NCBI GenBank assembly: GCA_036374135.1
Contig: DASUUK010000075.1
Coordinates: 14,624 to 78,623 of the forward strand
Origin: Euzebyales bacterium
GTDB lineage: Bacteria > Actinomycetota > Nitriliruptoria > Euzebyales > JAHELV01
Reading direction: 5' to 3'
Length of the DNA stretch: 64,000 bases
Shown: in pieces, positions 1 to 9,929 of the stretch
Position numbering within the stretch: position 1 is the stretch's first letter
Layout: every line of letters begins with the position of its first letter
Translations under genes and position numbers: made by a program
The notes under the pieces: generated by a model
The model's database searches: none
The model's input: the letters and a program-made list of their open reading frames with translations, nothing else
Told to the model about the DNA's origin: nothing

Positions 1-306
1 GAGGACGACATCCTCATGGCCGGACTCGAGGCGGGCATCACCGACGTGGTGGTGGAGGGTGACAGCTACCGGATCACCTCCGAGCCCGCCGACGTCAACG
101 GGGTGCGCGAGGCGCTCGCGTCGGCCGGCGTGCCGATCGAGTCGTCGGAGTCGACCATGCTGCCCAGCGTGAACGTGCCCGTCGCCGAGGAGAGCGTCGC
201 ACGCCAGGTGCTCCGGCTGGTCGAGGCGCTCGAGGACTGCGACGACGTGCAGAACGTGTACGCCAACTTCGACATCCCCGACGAGGTCCTCGAAGCCGTC
301 GCGTGA
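1..306 (+). CDS. YebC/PmpR-family DNA-binding regulator, C-terminal fragment (5' end outside window)
   Basis: Frame is open from base 1. The tail ...RQVLRLVEALEDCDDVQNVYANFDIPDEVLEAV is typical of the YebC family. It sits directly upstream of ruvCAB, a common arrangement. Confidence 0.8.
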   Translation, partial: EDDILMAGLEAGITDVVVEGDSYRITSEPADVNGVREALASAGVPIESSESTMLPSVNVPVAEESVARQVLRLVEALEDCDDVQNVYANFDIPDEVLEAVA

Positions 307-484
307 CGGTTGCACAGGATGACGGTCCCGTCGTCCGCTCGACGGCGCCCGGCGGCCGAACCGTTCGAACCGCCGGCGCCCGTCACGACGTGCGGACGCT
401 GAGGCGCCGGCCGTGCTAGGGTCCGGAACGAACATGCGTTCGCCTCATGCCGCAACACCGCGTGGCATGGTGAGGAGTGGGATC

Positions 485-1117
485 GTGCGGGTGATGGGCG
501 TCGACCCCGGTCTCGCACGCTGTGGCGTCGCGATCGTCGAGGGCGATGTCCGGGCCAGCGCGCTCGTCGCCCACCACCTCGTGCGCACCGCGGCGGACGA
601 CGCCGACGAGCAGCGCCTCGCCGCCGTGCACGATCAGGTGGTGGACCTGGTCGCCACCCACCGGCCCGACGTCCTCGCGATCGAGCGCCTGCTGTTCAAC
701 GCCAACGCCCGGTCGGCGATGGCCGTCGCGCAGGCGGTCGGTGTCATCCTGCTCGCGGCCGCGCACGCCGACCTGCCGGTGGTCCACTACACACCCACCC
801 AGGTCAAGGCGACGGTGACCGGCCACGGCGACGCGGACAAGGCCCAGGTCAAGTACCTCGTGCAGGCGCAGCTGCGCCTCGATCGTGCGCCGCGCAGTGC
901 CGACGTCGCGGACGCGGCGGCGGTCGCGCTGTGCCACATGTGGCGCAGCGGAGGCATCGCGTCGGACACCGCACTCCAGGGCGCGGGGTACGCCACCCGG
1001 CTTGCCGCAGCGATCGCCGCGGCGGGTCCGGGCGCGCAGGTCGTGCAGCGAGCCGGTGGGAGCGAGACAGGGGTGAGGGCGAGCGTCAGCGAGCCGCTGG
1101 GCGGGGAGTGTGCATGA
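485..1117 (+). CDS. ruvC: Crossover junction endodeoxyribonuclease RuvC
   Basis: In ORF 413..1117 the conserved N-terminus (V)RVMGVDPGLARCGVAIVEG starts at GTG 485, 8 nt after GAGGAG. The stop overlaps the ruvA ATG (ATGA at 1114-1117). Confidence 0.85.
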   Translation: MRVMGVDPGLARCGVAIVEGDVRASALVAHHLVRTAADDADEQRLAAVHDQVVDLVATHRPDVLAIERLLFNANARSAMAVAQAVGVILLAAAHADLPVVHYTPTQVKATVTGHGDADKAQVKYLVQAQLRLDRAPRSADVADAAAVALCHMWRSGGIASDTALQGAGYATRLAAAIAAAGPGAQVVQRAGGSETGVRASVSEPLGGECA

Positions 1118-1704
1118 TCGCGCGGTTGCGGGGCCAACTGGTCGACGTCGACGTGTCCGGTGTCGTGGTCGACGTGTCCGGTGTCGGGTACCGGGTGCTC
1201 GTACCGGCCGGCGCGTTCCCACAGCGGTTGGGTGAGCAGGTCGTCATCCACACCCACCTCGCGGTCCGGGAGGACGCACTCACGTTGTTCGGGTTCCCGG
1301 ACATCGACGCACTGCGCCTGTTCGAGCGGCTGCTGGGGATCAACGGCATCGGACCGAAGCTGGCGCTGTCGGCCCTGGCCACGCTGGGCGCCGGCGGCCT
1401 CCGCGACGCGATCCTGGCGGAGGACACCAAGGCGCTGGTGACGGTGCCCGGTCTGGGCCGCAAGACCGCGCAGCGGTTGATCCTCGAGCTCGCCGGCACG
1501 CTGACCTCCGACCGCACGGGCGCGGGAGCGCCGCCACCCGCCACCGACGACGATCCCCGCGCGGAGGTGCGCATTGCGCTCGCGTCGCTCGGCTACGAAC
1601 CGTCCGAGATCACGCGCGCGCTGCAGACGGTCGGCGACGGCGGCGCACAGGACGCCGAGACGCTGCTGCGCCGGGCCCTGCAGGTACTGGCGGCCGCACG
1701 ATGA
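1114..1704 (+). CDS. ruvA: Holliday junction branch migration complex subunit RuvA
   Basis: [10 protein letters not shown]... begins at ATG 1114 inside ORF 931..1704. Helix-hairpin-helix motifs INGIGPKLA and [11 protein letters not shown] are present. ATGA overlap with ruvB. Confidence 0.9.
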   Translation: MIARLRGQLVDVDVSGVVVDVSGVGYRVLVPAGAFPQRLGEQVVIHTHLAVREDALTLFGFPDIDALRLFERLLGINGIGPKLALSALATLGAGGLRDAILAEDTKALVTVPGLGRKTAQRLILELAGTLTSDRTGAGAPPPATDDDPRAEVRIALASLGYEPSEITRALQTVGDGGAQDAETLLRRALQVLAAAR

Positions 1705-2747
1705 CCGGTCCCGCGGGCGCCGACGACCAGGAGATCCTGACCGGTCAGCCAATCCAGGGCGACCGTGAGCTCGACGCGTCGCTGCGCCCCCGGCAGCTCA
1801 ACGACTTCGTGGGGCAGGAACGGATCAAGGAGCAGCTCGCGCTCGTGATCGAGGGTGCACGTGCGCGGGACGGCGCCGTCGATCACCTGCTGTTCAGTGG
1901 ACCGCCCGGGCTGGGCAAGACCAGTCTCGCCGGCATCGTCGCCGCCGAGATGGGTGCCGACATGCGTGCGACCAGTGGGCCCGCACTGGAACGTGCCGGC
2001 GACCTCGCGGCGATCCTGTCCAACGTCGCGCCTGGGGACGTGCTGTTCATCGACGAGATCCACCGGCTGCCGCGCGCGGTCGAGGAAATCCTGTATCCGG
2101 CGATGGAGGACTTCTCCCTGGACATCGTGATCGGCAAGGGCCCTGGTGCGCGCGCGATCCGCCTGCCGCTCCCACCGTTCACCCTCGTCGGCGCCACCAC
2201 CCGTACCGGGCTGATCACGTCGCCGCTGCGCGACCGGTTCGGGTTCTCGGCACACCTCGAGTTCTACGGCGCCGTCGACCTCGCCGAGATCCTGCTGCGC
2301 AGTGCCGCGATCCTCGGTGTCGAGGTCGAGCGACCGGGCGCCCGGCAGATCGCCGCGCGCAGCCGGGGCACCCCGCGCATCGCCAACCGCCTGCTGAAGC
2401 GCGTCCGTGACTACGCCGAGGTGCGGGCCGGCGGCGTGGTCAACGCCGACGTCGCGGCCAGCGCGTTGGAGCTGTTCGACATCGACGGTCGCGGTCTGGA
2501 TCGGCTGGACCGTCGCGTGCTCGACGCGCTGTGCCGCCACTTCGCGGGTGGGCCGGTGGGCCTGTCGACGCTGGCGGTCGCGGTGGGGGAGGAGTCGGAC
2601 ACGATCGAGGACGTCGTGGAGCCGTTCCTCGTGCAGCAGGGGCTGCTGGCGCGCACGCCCCGCGGCCGCGTGGCGACGCGGAGCGCGTTCGCGCACCTCG
2701 ACGTACCGGCGCCCGATCCCGACACGACGGTTTCGCTGTTCGACTGA
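1701..2747 (+). CDS. ruvB: Holliday junction DNA helicase RuvB
   Basis: 348 aa. Walker A GPPGLGKT, Walker [10 protein letters not shown], and the [11 protein letters not shown] sensor region. Confidence 0.95.
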   Translation: MTGPAGADDQEILTGQPIQGDRELDASLRPRQLNDFVGQERIKEQLALVIEGARARDGAVDHLLFSGPPGLGKTSLAGIVAAEMGADMRATSGPALERAGDLAAILSNVAPGDVLFIDEIHRLPRAVEEILYPAMEDFSLDIVIGKGPGARAIRLPLPPFTLVGATTRTGLITSPLRDRFGFSAHLEFYGAVDLAEILLRSAAILGVEVERPGARQIAARSRGTPRIANRLLKRVRDYAEVRAGGVVNADVAASALELFDIDGRGLDRLDRRVLDALCRHFAGGPVGLSTLAVAVGEESDTIEDVVEPFLVQQGLLARTPRGRVATRSAFAHLDVPAPDPDTTVSLFD

Positions 2748-3015
2748 CGGGCGGGAGCCCACCGGGCGTGAACGCAGGAACGCAGCGTGTCGACACGCGC
2801 GCCGTCGTGCTGTCGCCCGCGCCCGCCATGGTCGTCGAGGACGGCGGGTGCGACGGTGGCGGTGGGGACGTTCGCCGTGGCGGCCTGCGCTATTGTGGTG
2901 AGCCCGCAGGCTGCAGGCGGCCGCGGGCTTTCGCATGGTCGTCGCCGGGATCGTTCCACCAGGAACAGGTCACACGCGACGCGACGACGCGCAACCGTCC
3001 CAGATCGAAGGCGTC

Positions 3016-3330
3016 ATGGAGATCTCGCATCTAATCGCTCAGCAGTCCGGTGGGGGGCTGGGTCAGTTCATCCCGATCCTGCTCATCGGTGCGCTCTTCT
3101 ACTTCCTGCTCATCCGTCCTCAGCAGAAGCGGGCACGTGCGCAGCGTGAGTTGCACGGCTCGATCGAGATCGGCGACATGATCGTCACGATCGGTGGCCT
3201 CCACGGTACGGTCAAGACGGTCGACGAGGGGACCGTGCGGCTCGAGCTGAACCCCAGCACGGTCGTGACCCTGTCGAAGCAGGCGATCGCGCGTCGTGTG
3301 GTGCCGTCGAGCGCCGACGCCGAGGAATGA
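3016..3330 (+). CDS. yajC: Preprotein translocase subunit YajC
   Basis: ATG 3016 inside ORF 2935..3330. Single TM segment FIPILLIGALFYFLLIRPQQKR followed by GDMIVTIGGLHGTV, the YajC signature. Upstream of secDF. Confidence 0.85.
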   Translation: MEISHLIAQQSGGGLGQFIPILLIGALFYFLLIRPQQKRARAQRELHGSIEIGDMIVTIGGLHGTVKTVDEGTVRLELNPSTVVTLSKQAIARRVVPSSADAEE

Positions 3331-3352
3331 GCGATCGTTCACTGGATGTGAC

Positions 3353-4111
3353 GTGGACACCGAGCTGCTGACGAACCCGGACGGCGTCCCGGTCGGCGGC
3401 CGCACGGAGAGCGGTCACGAGCAGGTCGAGCCAACCGGTGGCGACGAGCGCATCCGGCTGCTGCATCGCGTGCGCGAGCACGCCATGATCAGCGCCTTCA
3501 TCGACGCGGCCGACGAGTTCCTGGACGCTCAGGGCTACACCGAGCACGGGCGTCGTCATGCGAGCCTGGTCGGGCACATCGCGTACAACGTGCTCACGCA
3601 CCTCGGACACGACGACAGGTCGTCGGAGCTCGCCGCGGTCGCGGGCTACCTGCACGACGTCGGCAACGTCGTCACGCGGACGAACCACGGCATCTCGTCG
3701 GCGTTCCTGGCCCTCGACGTCCTGCGCGGGCTCGACGTCCCGCCGCGCGACATCGCCCACGTGATGAGTGCGGTGGGCAACCACGAGGAGCACTACGGCG
3801 AATCGGTCTCGACGATCGGCGCGGCCGTCATCCTGGCCGACAAGTCCGACGTCCACCGCAGCCGCGTACGCAAGAACGCATCGATCGAGATGGACATCCA
3901 CGATCGCGTCAACTACGCGGTCGAGTCGAGCTTCCTGCGCGTCGACCCGGCGGCGCACACCATCACGCTGGAGCTGTCGATCGACACCAGGATCAGCCAG
4001 GTCCTGGAGTACTTCGAGATCTTCCTCGAACGCATGGTGATGTGCCGCCGTGCCGCACGGACCCTCCGGTGCGACTTCAAGATCACGGTCAACAACGTCC
4101 CGGTCCTCTGA
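3353..4111 (+). CDS. HD-domain metal-dependent phosphohydrolase (start uncertain)
   Basis: ORF 3296..4111. HD-type motifs H...RHASLV and GYLHDVGN. The first 57 nt of the ORF overlap yajC, so GTG 3353 was chosen. No clear RBS. Confidence 0.55.
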   Translation: MDTELLTNPDGVPVGGRTESGHEQVEPTGGDERIRLLHRVREHAMISAFIDAADEFLDAQGYTEHGRRHASLVGHIAYNVLTHLGHDDRSSELAAVAGYLHDVGNVVTRTNHGISSAFLALDVLRGLDVPPRDIAHVMSAVGNHEEHYGESVSTIGAAVILADKSDVHRSRVRKNASIEMDIHDRVNYAVESSFLRVDPAAHTITLELSIDTRISQVLEYFEIFLERMVMCRRAARTLRCDFKITVNNVPVL

Positions 4112-4161
4112 ACGGGGTCTGAGATGATGACGTCACTCAACGAAGCGGTAGGACGCACCTC

Positions 4162-5643
4162 ATGAGCAGGCAGGCACTGATCGTGTCGCTGGTCGCGTTC
4201 GTCGTCGCGGTCGGCGCCATGTGGGGCGTCATCCTCACGCTGGGGTGGCAACCGCAGCTCGGTCTGGACCTGCGCGGCGGCGTCGCGATCACGCTGATCC
4301 CGGCCCCCAACCAGCAGGAGGTCGACGAGAAGCTCGACCAGACGGTGTCGGTCATCCGTCAGCGGGTGGACGCGCTCGGGGTCGCCGAGCCCGAGATCGC
4401 GCGCCAGGGCGAGACGATCCAGGTGCAACTGCCCGGTGTCGCCGACCAGGAGCGCGCCGAGGACGTGATCGGCCGCACCGCCGTGCTGCAGTTCCGGCGT
4501 GTGCTCGAGGTGCTCCCGCCGGATGCGCCCGGGTATGAGGACGCAGGGGACTGCGACGCGTTCGTTGACGCGCCTCCACCGGCCGGCGAGGAGGTCGTGC
4601 TGTGCGGGCAGGATCCGCTGGCTCCGGACGCCGAACAGGACGCCGAGTCCGCCGCCGTGCCGCAGATCAAGTACCGGCTCGGCGTCGTCGAGGTCGGTGG
4701 TGACGACGTCGAGGACGCCACCGCCGAGCTCGAACAGACCGGTCTGAGCTGGTTCGTGTCGCTCGACTTCTCGCGCGCCGGCGACCAGGCGTTCCAGCAG
4801 CTGACGGGTGAGCTGGCGTGTGAGGAGCTGGGATCGCCGACCCGGCAGCTCGCGATCGTGCTGGACGGTCGTGTGGAGTCGGCGCCCGAGGTCGCGCAGG
4901 ACGTCGCCTGCGGTCAGGGGATCAGCGGCGGCGGCATCATCACCGTCGGCGGTGAGCAGGAGGCACGCGACCTGGCGGTCGTGCTGCGCACCGGAGCCCT
5001 CCCGCTGCAGCTGGAGTTCGCGCAGTCCCAGTCGATCTCGCCGACGCTGGGTCGTGATTCGCTCGTCGCGGGCCTGCAGGCCGGCTTCATCGGACTGCTG
5101 CTCGTGGCGCTGTACATGATCGCGCTGTACCGGGGTCTTGGTGCGCTCGCGGTGCTCGAACTCGTGATGTTCGGTGTGATCGTCTACGGGCTGATCATCG
5201 TGATGGGCAACACGGTCGGGTTCACGCTCACGCTGGCCGGCATCGCCGGTGTTATCGTCTCGATCGGCATCGCAGCGGACTCGTCGATCATCTACCGGGA
5301 GCGCTACCGTGACGAACGCCGGGCGGGTCGGACGGTCCGCAGCGCCGCCGAGCACGCGTTCGGCAAGGCGTTCCGCACCAACCTGACCGGCAACACCGTG
5401 TCGTTCCTCGCGGCGGTCGTGCTGTGGTTGCTGGCGGTCGGCCCGGTCAAGGGCTTCGCGTTCACCCTGGGGCTGTCGACGTTGATCGACACCTTGCTGT
5501 TCGCGACGTTCACCAGGTCGACGTTCGGCCTGCTCGCGCGGTCGCCGAGGCTGGCGAACGCGTCGTGGACGGGCCTGCGCACCGTGGTACCCGTCAACGA
5601 CAACCGCAACCGCCGCCAGCGGCAGAAGGTGAAGTCGCGATGA
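4162..5643 (+). CDS. secD: Protein translocase subunit SecD
   Basis: 493 aa. N-terminal TM, large periplasmic loop and a C-terminal 5-TM SecD/SecF domain (LGLDLRGG, GALPLQLEF, GLLLVALYMIALYRGLG). Confidence 0.9.
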   Translation: MSRQALIVSLVAFVVAVGAMWGVILTLGWQPQLGLDLRGGVAITLIPAPNQQEVDEKLDQTVSVIRQRVDALGVAEPEIARQGETIQVQLPGVADQERAEDVIGRTAVLQFRRVLEVLPPDAPGYEDAGDCDAFVDAPPPAGEEVVLCGQDPLAPDAEQDAESAAVPQIKYRLGVVEVGGDDVEDATAELEQTGLSWFVSLDFSRAGDQAFQQLTGELACEELGSPTRQLAIVLDGRVESAPEVAQDVACGQGISGGGIITVGGEQEARDLAVVLRTGALPLQLEFAQSQSISPTLGRDSLVAGLQAGFIGLLLVALYMIALYRGLGALAVLELVMFGVIVYGLIIVMGNTVGFTLTLAGIAGVIVSIGIAADSSIIYRERYRDERRAGRTVRSAAEHAFGKAFRTNLTGNTVSFLAAVVLWLLAVGPVKGFAFTLGLSTLIDTLLFATFTRSTFGLLARSPRLANASWTGLRTVVPVNDNRNRRQRQKVKSR

Positions 5644-5761
5644 GCGCGCGGCAGCGCGGTCATCGGGCAGGCCGGGGGGCAAGCTGCTCGCGTCAGCGAG
5701 GAGGTTGGGCTATGACCTCACGAGGTGGCACCTCGACCATCGGCAGCGGGAGGACGTGCAC

Positions 5762-6766
5762 GTGACGACGACGACGGCGGAGGGCACCGGTTCGCGCGTG
5801 CGCCGGTTCTTCGAGGGTCAGACCGACTTCGACATCGTCGGCCGGTCGCGCATGTGGCTGATCGTCACGCTGATCGTGCTGGCCGTGTGTGCACTGGCAC
5901 TGGGGGTGCGGGGACTCAACTTCGGCATCGACTTCACCGGCGGCACGTCGATCATCATCGAGGACGCGTCGGTGTCGTTCACGGCCGACGATCTCCGCGA
6001 CGCGTTGGGAGGGCTCGGCGTCGGCGAGGCGAGCGTCCAGCTGACGACCGACGGCGCGGGCGCCCTGATCTCGACGACGGCGTTGGACGAGGTCGCGGGC
6101 GTGCAGCAGCGCGAGGTCATCGGTGCACTCGCGGAGCTCACCGGCACCGACCGCGAACGCATCGAGGTCAGCTCGATCGGGCCGCGCTGGGGCCAGGAGA
6201 TCAGCCGGCAGGCAGTCGAGGGACTGATCGTGTTCCTGCTGCTGGTGACCGTCTACATCTCGATCAGGTTCGAGTGGCGGATGGCGATCGCCGCGCTGCT
6301 CACCCTGCTGCACGACGTCGCCGTCACGATCGGCATCTACGCGCTGGTGGGGTTCGAGGTTACACCCGCCTCGGTGATCGCGTTGCTGACGATCCTCGGC
6401 TACTCGCTGTACGACACGGTGGTGGTGTTCGATCGCATCACCGAGGACACCCAGCAACTGGGTTCGAGCGCCTCCCGGACGTACTCCGAGGTCGCCAACG
6501 AGTCGTTGAACAGCGTGCTTGTGCGGTCGCTGTCGACGTCGGTCACGTCGCTGCTGCCGGTCGGCGCGCTGCTGTTCATCGGCGCGCAGCTGTTGGGTGC
6601 GACCACGCTGGAGGACCTGGCGCTGGCACTGTTCATCGGCATGGCCGTCGGCACGTACTCGTCGCTGATCGTCGCGACGCCCATGCTGTGCTGGCTCAAG
6701 GAGCGCGAGCCGCGCTGGGCGGAGCTCCGCCACCGTCTGGAGACGCGCCGAGGCAGGACGGCCTGA
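5762..6766 (+). CDS. secF: Protein translocase subunit SecF
   Basis: ORF 5705..6766. GTG 5762 lies 7 nt after GGGAGGA, and TTG 5705 is an alternative start. SecF motifs FDIVGRSRMW, LNFGIDFTGG, YSLYDTVVVFDRI. Confidence 0.88.
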   Translation: MTTTTAEGTGSRVRRFFEGQTDFDIVGRSRMWLIVTLIVLAVCALALGVRGLNFGIDFTGGTSIIIEDASVSFTADDLRDALGGLGVGEASVQLTTDGAGALISTTALDEVAGVQQREVIGALAELTGTDRERIEVSSIGPRWGQEISRQAVEGLIVFLLLVTVYISIRFEWRMAIAALLTLLHDVAVTIGIYALVGFEVTPASVIALLTILGYSLYDTVVVFDRITEDTQQLGSSASRTYSEVANESLNSVLVRSLSTSVTSLLPVGALLFIGAQLLGATTLEDLALALFIGMAVGTYSSLIVATPMLCWLKEREPRWAELRHRLETRRGRTA

Positions 6767-6820
6767 CGTGGACGTCGGGTACGTCGTGGAGAGCGACGCG
6801 ATGATGACGCGCGCAGGAGG

Positions 6821-7363
6821 GTGCGACCGTTGAGGATCCAGTTCGACGCGACGATCCTGGCGGATCACGTGCGGGACGTGCCGGACTTCCCGACCGACGG
6901 GGTGACGTTCAAGGACATCACGCCGCTGCTGGCGAACCCGACGGCGTTCTCGAGCGCGGTCGACGCGATCGTCGTGAGCTTCGGTCGTGGTTCGATCGAC
7001 AAGGTCGTCGGCATCGAGGCGCGCGGGTTCATCGTCGCCACACCGGTGGCGTACCACTTTGGGGCGGGCTTCGTGCCCATGCGCAAGCAGGGTAAGCTCC
7101 CGCGCGCCACGTATGACAAGACCTATGAGCTCGAGTACGGCACGGAGACGATCGAAGTGCACGCCGACGCGTTCGCCGCTGGTGACCGCGTGCTCATCGT
7201 CGATGACGTGCTCGCGACCGGGGGAACGGCGGCGGCGGCGTGTGAGCTGGTCGAGCGTGCCGGTGGGCAGGTCGCCGGATTGGCCTTCCTGGTCGAGCTG
7301 AGCTTCCTCGAGGGCGCGGCGCGGATCGCCAGGTACGACTACACGAGCCTGCTGACCTACTGA
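6821..7363 (+). CDS. apt: Adenine phosphoribosyltransferase
   Basis: 180 aa. FKDITPLL and the PRPP-binding loop VLIVDDVLATGGT. TTG 6830 is an alternative start with better spacing to AGGAGG. Confidence 0.9.
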   Translation: MRPLRIQFDATILADHVRDVPDFPTDGVTFKDITPLLANPTAFSSAVDAIVVSFGRGSIDKVVGIEARGFIVATPVAYHFGAGFVPMRKQGKLPRATYDKTYELEYGTETIEVHADAFAAGDRVLIVDDVLATGGTAAAACELVERAGGQVAGLAFLVELSFLEGAARIARYDYTSLLTY

Positions 7364-7460
7364 TCGGGGGGGAACGCCCGCGGCCGGCGCCGTGCGACGG
7401 GCAGTCAGATGAGGCTACGTAGCGTGACGTCGTTGTTGGGTCGTTCGGGCCCTGGCTATC

Positions 7461-9902
7461 ATGGTCTTCGAACAGCCCGGCAACGAAGGATCGTTGGGCG
7501 TGGATGATGGTGTAGCGCACTCGGAGGGCCGCAGCGCGGCCGACATCATCAGTGCACACCACGATTCCACCGCTCTCGAGATCACCCAGCCGCTGCCGCG
7601 GATCACCAGCGGCGGCGTGGCTGCATCGAGTGTCCAGGACCGGCGCGAGGCCGCCGAGCTGATCGAGGGGCTGCCGCGCGCCCGACCGTCCGGCGTCAAG
7701 GCCGTCCTGTCGCGCCTGCCGTTCGACATCGGCCTGCAGGTCCCCGAGCTGCTGCAGCCGTTGGTCGGCAAGCTCAAGCAGCACTCGCCGAAGGTCGACG
7801 TCCGTGAGGTCGTCCGCGCGTACATCTGCGCGGAGCGGGCCCACGAGGGCCAGATGCGCAAGTCCGGCGACCCCTACATCATCCACCCGGTCGGGGTCGC
7901 GGAGACCCTGGCCGAGCTGGGCATGGACACGCCCACGATCGTCGCCGCGCTGCTCCACGACACGGTCGAGGACACCGTCATGAGCTCCGCGGAGCTGGCG
8001 GCCGAGTTCGGTGACGAGGTCGCGATGCTCGTCGACGGGGTCACCAAGCTCGACAAGGTGCAGGTCAGCTCCTCGCTCGAGCGTCAGGCCGAGTCGCTGC
8101 GCAAGATGCTGCTGGCGATGGCCCGCGACTACCGCGTGCTCCTGATCAAGCTGGCCGACCGGCTGCACAACATGCGCACCCTGCACCACATGCCGCGGCA
8201 CAAGCAGGAGCGGATCGCCGACGAGACGCTGCAGATCTACGCCCCGCTCGCGCACCGCCTCGGCATGCAGAACTTCAAGTGGCAGCTCGAGGATCTGGCG
8301 TTCCAGACGCTGCACGGCAAGCGCTACGACGAGATCAAGGCGATGGTCCGCGAGCGCCAGCCCGAACGGGACCGCTACCTCGATCGGGTGGTCGGCGACG
8401 TCGAGCAACTGCTCAAGGGCGTCAAGATCAAAGCCGACGTCAGCGGTCGGCCCAAGCACTACTACTCGATCTACGAGAAGATGGTGCGGCGCGGCAAGGA
8501 GTTCTCCGACATCTACGACCTCGTCGGCATCCGCGTGATCGTCGACAGTGTCAAGGACTGCTACGGCGCGCTCGGCATGATCCACTCGCGATGGCATCCG
8601 GTCCCGGGCCGGTTCAAGGACTACATCGCGATGCCGAAGTTCAACCTGTACCAGTCGCTGCACACGACGGTCATGGGTCCTGCCGGCATGACGCTGGAGG
8701 TGCAGATCCGCACGCAGGCGATGCACCGCACGGCCGAGTTCGGCGTCGCCGCCCACTGGAAGTACAAGCAGGCCAGCCGCTCGGAGCAGTCCGAGGCGCA
8801 GTGGCTGACGCAGATGATCGACATGCACCAGACCACCGCGGAGCCCGACGAGTTCCTGTCGAACATCCGCCTGGACCTCGACGCCGACGAGGTCTTCGTG
8901 TTCACGCCCGACGGCGACATCAAGTCGCTGCCGAAGGGATCGACCCCGGTCGACTTCGCGTACGCCATCCACACCGAGGTCGGACACCGCACCGTCGGCG
9001 CGCGCGTCAACGGGCGCCTCGTGTCGCTCGAGTACGAGTTGCACAATGGCGAGACGGTCGAGATCCTGACGTCAAAGGCGCAGGAGGCCGGTCCCAGCCG
9101 CGACTGGCTCGACTTCGTCGGGTCGTCGCGTGCGCGGGCGAAGATCCGCCAGTGGTTCTCCCGTGAGCGCCGCGTCGACGCCATCGAGAAGGGCCGCCAG
9201 GCGCTGCGGGGCGAACTCGGTCGACAGAGCACGGGCTGGCGACGGCTGATGACCGGGTCGGAGCTGTCCGCTGTCGCGGCGGACATGAACTACCACGACC
9301 TCGACGCGCTGTACCGCGCGATCGGCGAAGGCCACCTGTCGGCCCAAACCGTGATCGGTCACCTCATCGGCAGGCTGACCGACGAGGAGGAGGGCGAGGA
9401 GATCCTTCCGCCGACGATCGTCGGCCCCCCGCCGCGGGACATCAACGCGGTGCTCGTCGACGGCCTCGACGATGTCATGGTCTCGCTGGCGCAGTGCTGC
9501 CACCCTGTGCCCGGCGACGACATCCTCGGGTTCATCACCCGCGGTCGCGGTGTCAGCGTCCACCGGTCGGACTGCACGAACGCCGAGGACCTGCGCAGGC
9601 AGTCGGACCGGCTGATCGATGTGACCTGGGACACCGGTGTCCTGGCGATGTTCCGCGTGACCATGCAGGTCGACGCTCTGGACCGCAAGCACCTGCTGCG
9701 CGACATCACGACGGTGCTCGGCGACCTGCACGTCAACATCCTGTCCGCCCAGGTGACGACCCGGCGCGACCGCGTCGCCAAGCTGCGGTTCACCTTCGAG
9801 CTGGCCGACATCGCCCACCTCGACCACATCCTGGCGCAGGTGATGCGCGTCGAATCGGTGTACGACGCCTTCCGCGTCATCCCCCGCAAGAACGGCGGCT
9901 GA
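7461..9902 (+). CDS. relA: Bifunctional (p)ppGpp synthetase/hydrolase RelA/SpoT (Rel)
   Basis: 813 aa. HD hydrolase motif HDTVEDT, synthetase region GRPKHYYSIYEKM, TGS and ACT-like C-terminal domains. Confidence 0.95.
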   Translation: MVFEQPGNEGSLGVDDGVAHSEGRSAADIISAHHDSTALEITQPLPRITSGGVAASSVQDRREAAELIEGLPRARPSGVKAVLSRLPFDIGLQVPELLQPLVGKLKQHSPKVDVREVVRAYICAERAHEGQMRKSGDPYIIHPVGVAETLAELGMDTPTIVAALLHDTVEDTVMSSAELAAEFGDEVAMLVDGVTKLDKVQVSSSLERQAESLRKMLLAMARDYRVLLIKLADRLHNMRTLHHMPRHKQERIADETLQIYAPLAHRLGMQNFKWQLEDLAFQTLHGKRYDEIKAMVRERQPERDRYLDRVVGDVEQLLKGVKIKADVSGRPKHYYSIYEKMVRRGKEFSDIYDLVGIRVIVDSVKDCYGALGMIHSRWHPVPGRFKDYIAMPKFNLYQSLHTTVMGPAGMTLEVQIRTQAMHRTAEFGVAAHWKYKQASRSEQSEAQWLTQMIDMHQTTAEPDEFLSNIRLDLDADEVFVFTPDGDIKSLPKGSTPVDFAYAIHTEVGHRTVGARVNGRLVSLEYELHNGETVEILTSKAQEAGPSRDWLDFVGSSRARAKIRQWFSRERRVDAIEKGRQALRGELGRQSTGWRRLMTGSELSAVAADMNYHDLDALYRAIGEGHLSAQTVIGHLIGRLTDEEEGEEILPPTIVGPPPRDINAVLVDGLDDVMVSLAQCCHPVPGDDILGFITRGRGVSVHRSDCTNAEDLRRQSDRLIDVTWDTGVLAMFRVTMQVDALDRKHLLRDITTVLGDLHVNILSAQVTTRRDRVAKLRFTFELADIAHLDHILAQVMRVESVYDAFRVIPRKNGG

Positions 9903-9929
9903 GGCTCACCCGGGGGCAGTTGCCGACGC

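Noticed and set aside
357-370. CGAACCGTTCGAAC upstream of ruvC as a LexA SOS box
   Set aside because: ruvCAB is SOS-regulated in mycobacteria, but the actinobacterial box is TCGAAC-N4-GTTCGA. Here GAAC and GTTC are separated by 1 nt (or GAAC-N5-GAAC as a direct repeat), which does not fit any LexA motif I know. I leave it as unexplained symmetry only.
2748-3015. 268-bp ruvB-yajC gap as a hidden RNA gene or riboswitch
   Set aside because: It holds only a 7-bp GC hairpin (AGCCCGC...GCGGGCT), a short direct repeat CATGGTCGTCG and a weak TATTGT. Nothing matches a known RNA family that I can recognise by eye.
5693-9044. Long minus-strand ORFs 5693..7162 (489 aa) and 7194..9044 (616 aa)
   Set aside because: They are antisense to secF/apt and relA, which carry clear family motifs on the + strand. 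The same reasoning applies to 19064..21142, 31469..33364, 33473..34876, 35438..37255, 53361..55304, 55507..57411 and 61618..63159.
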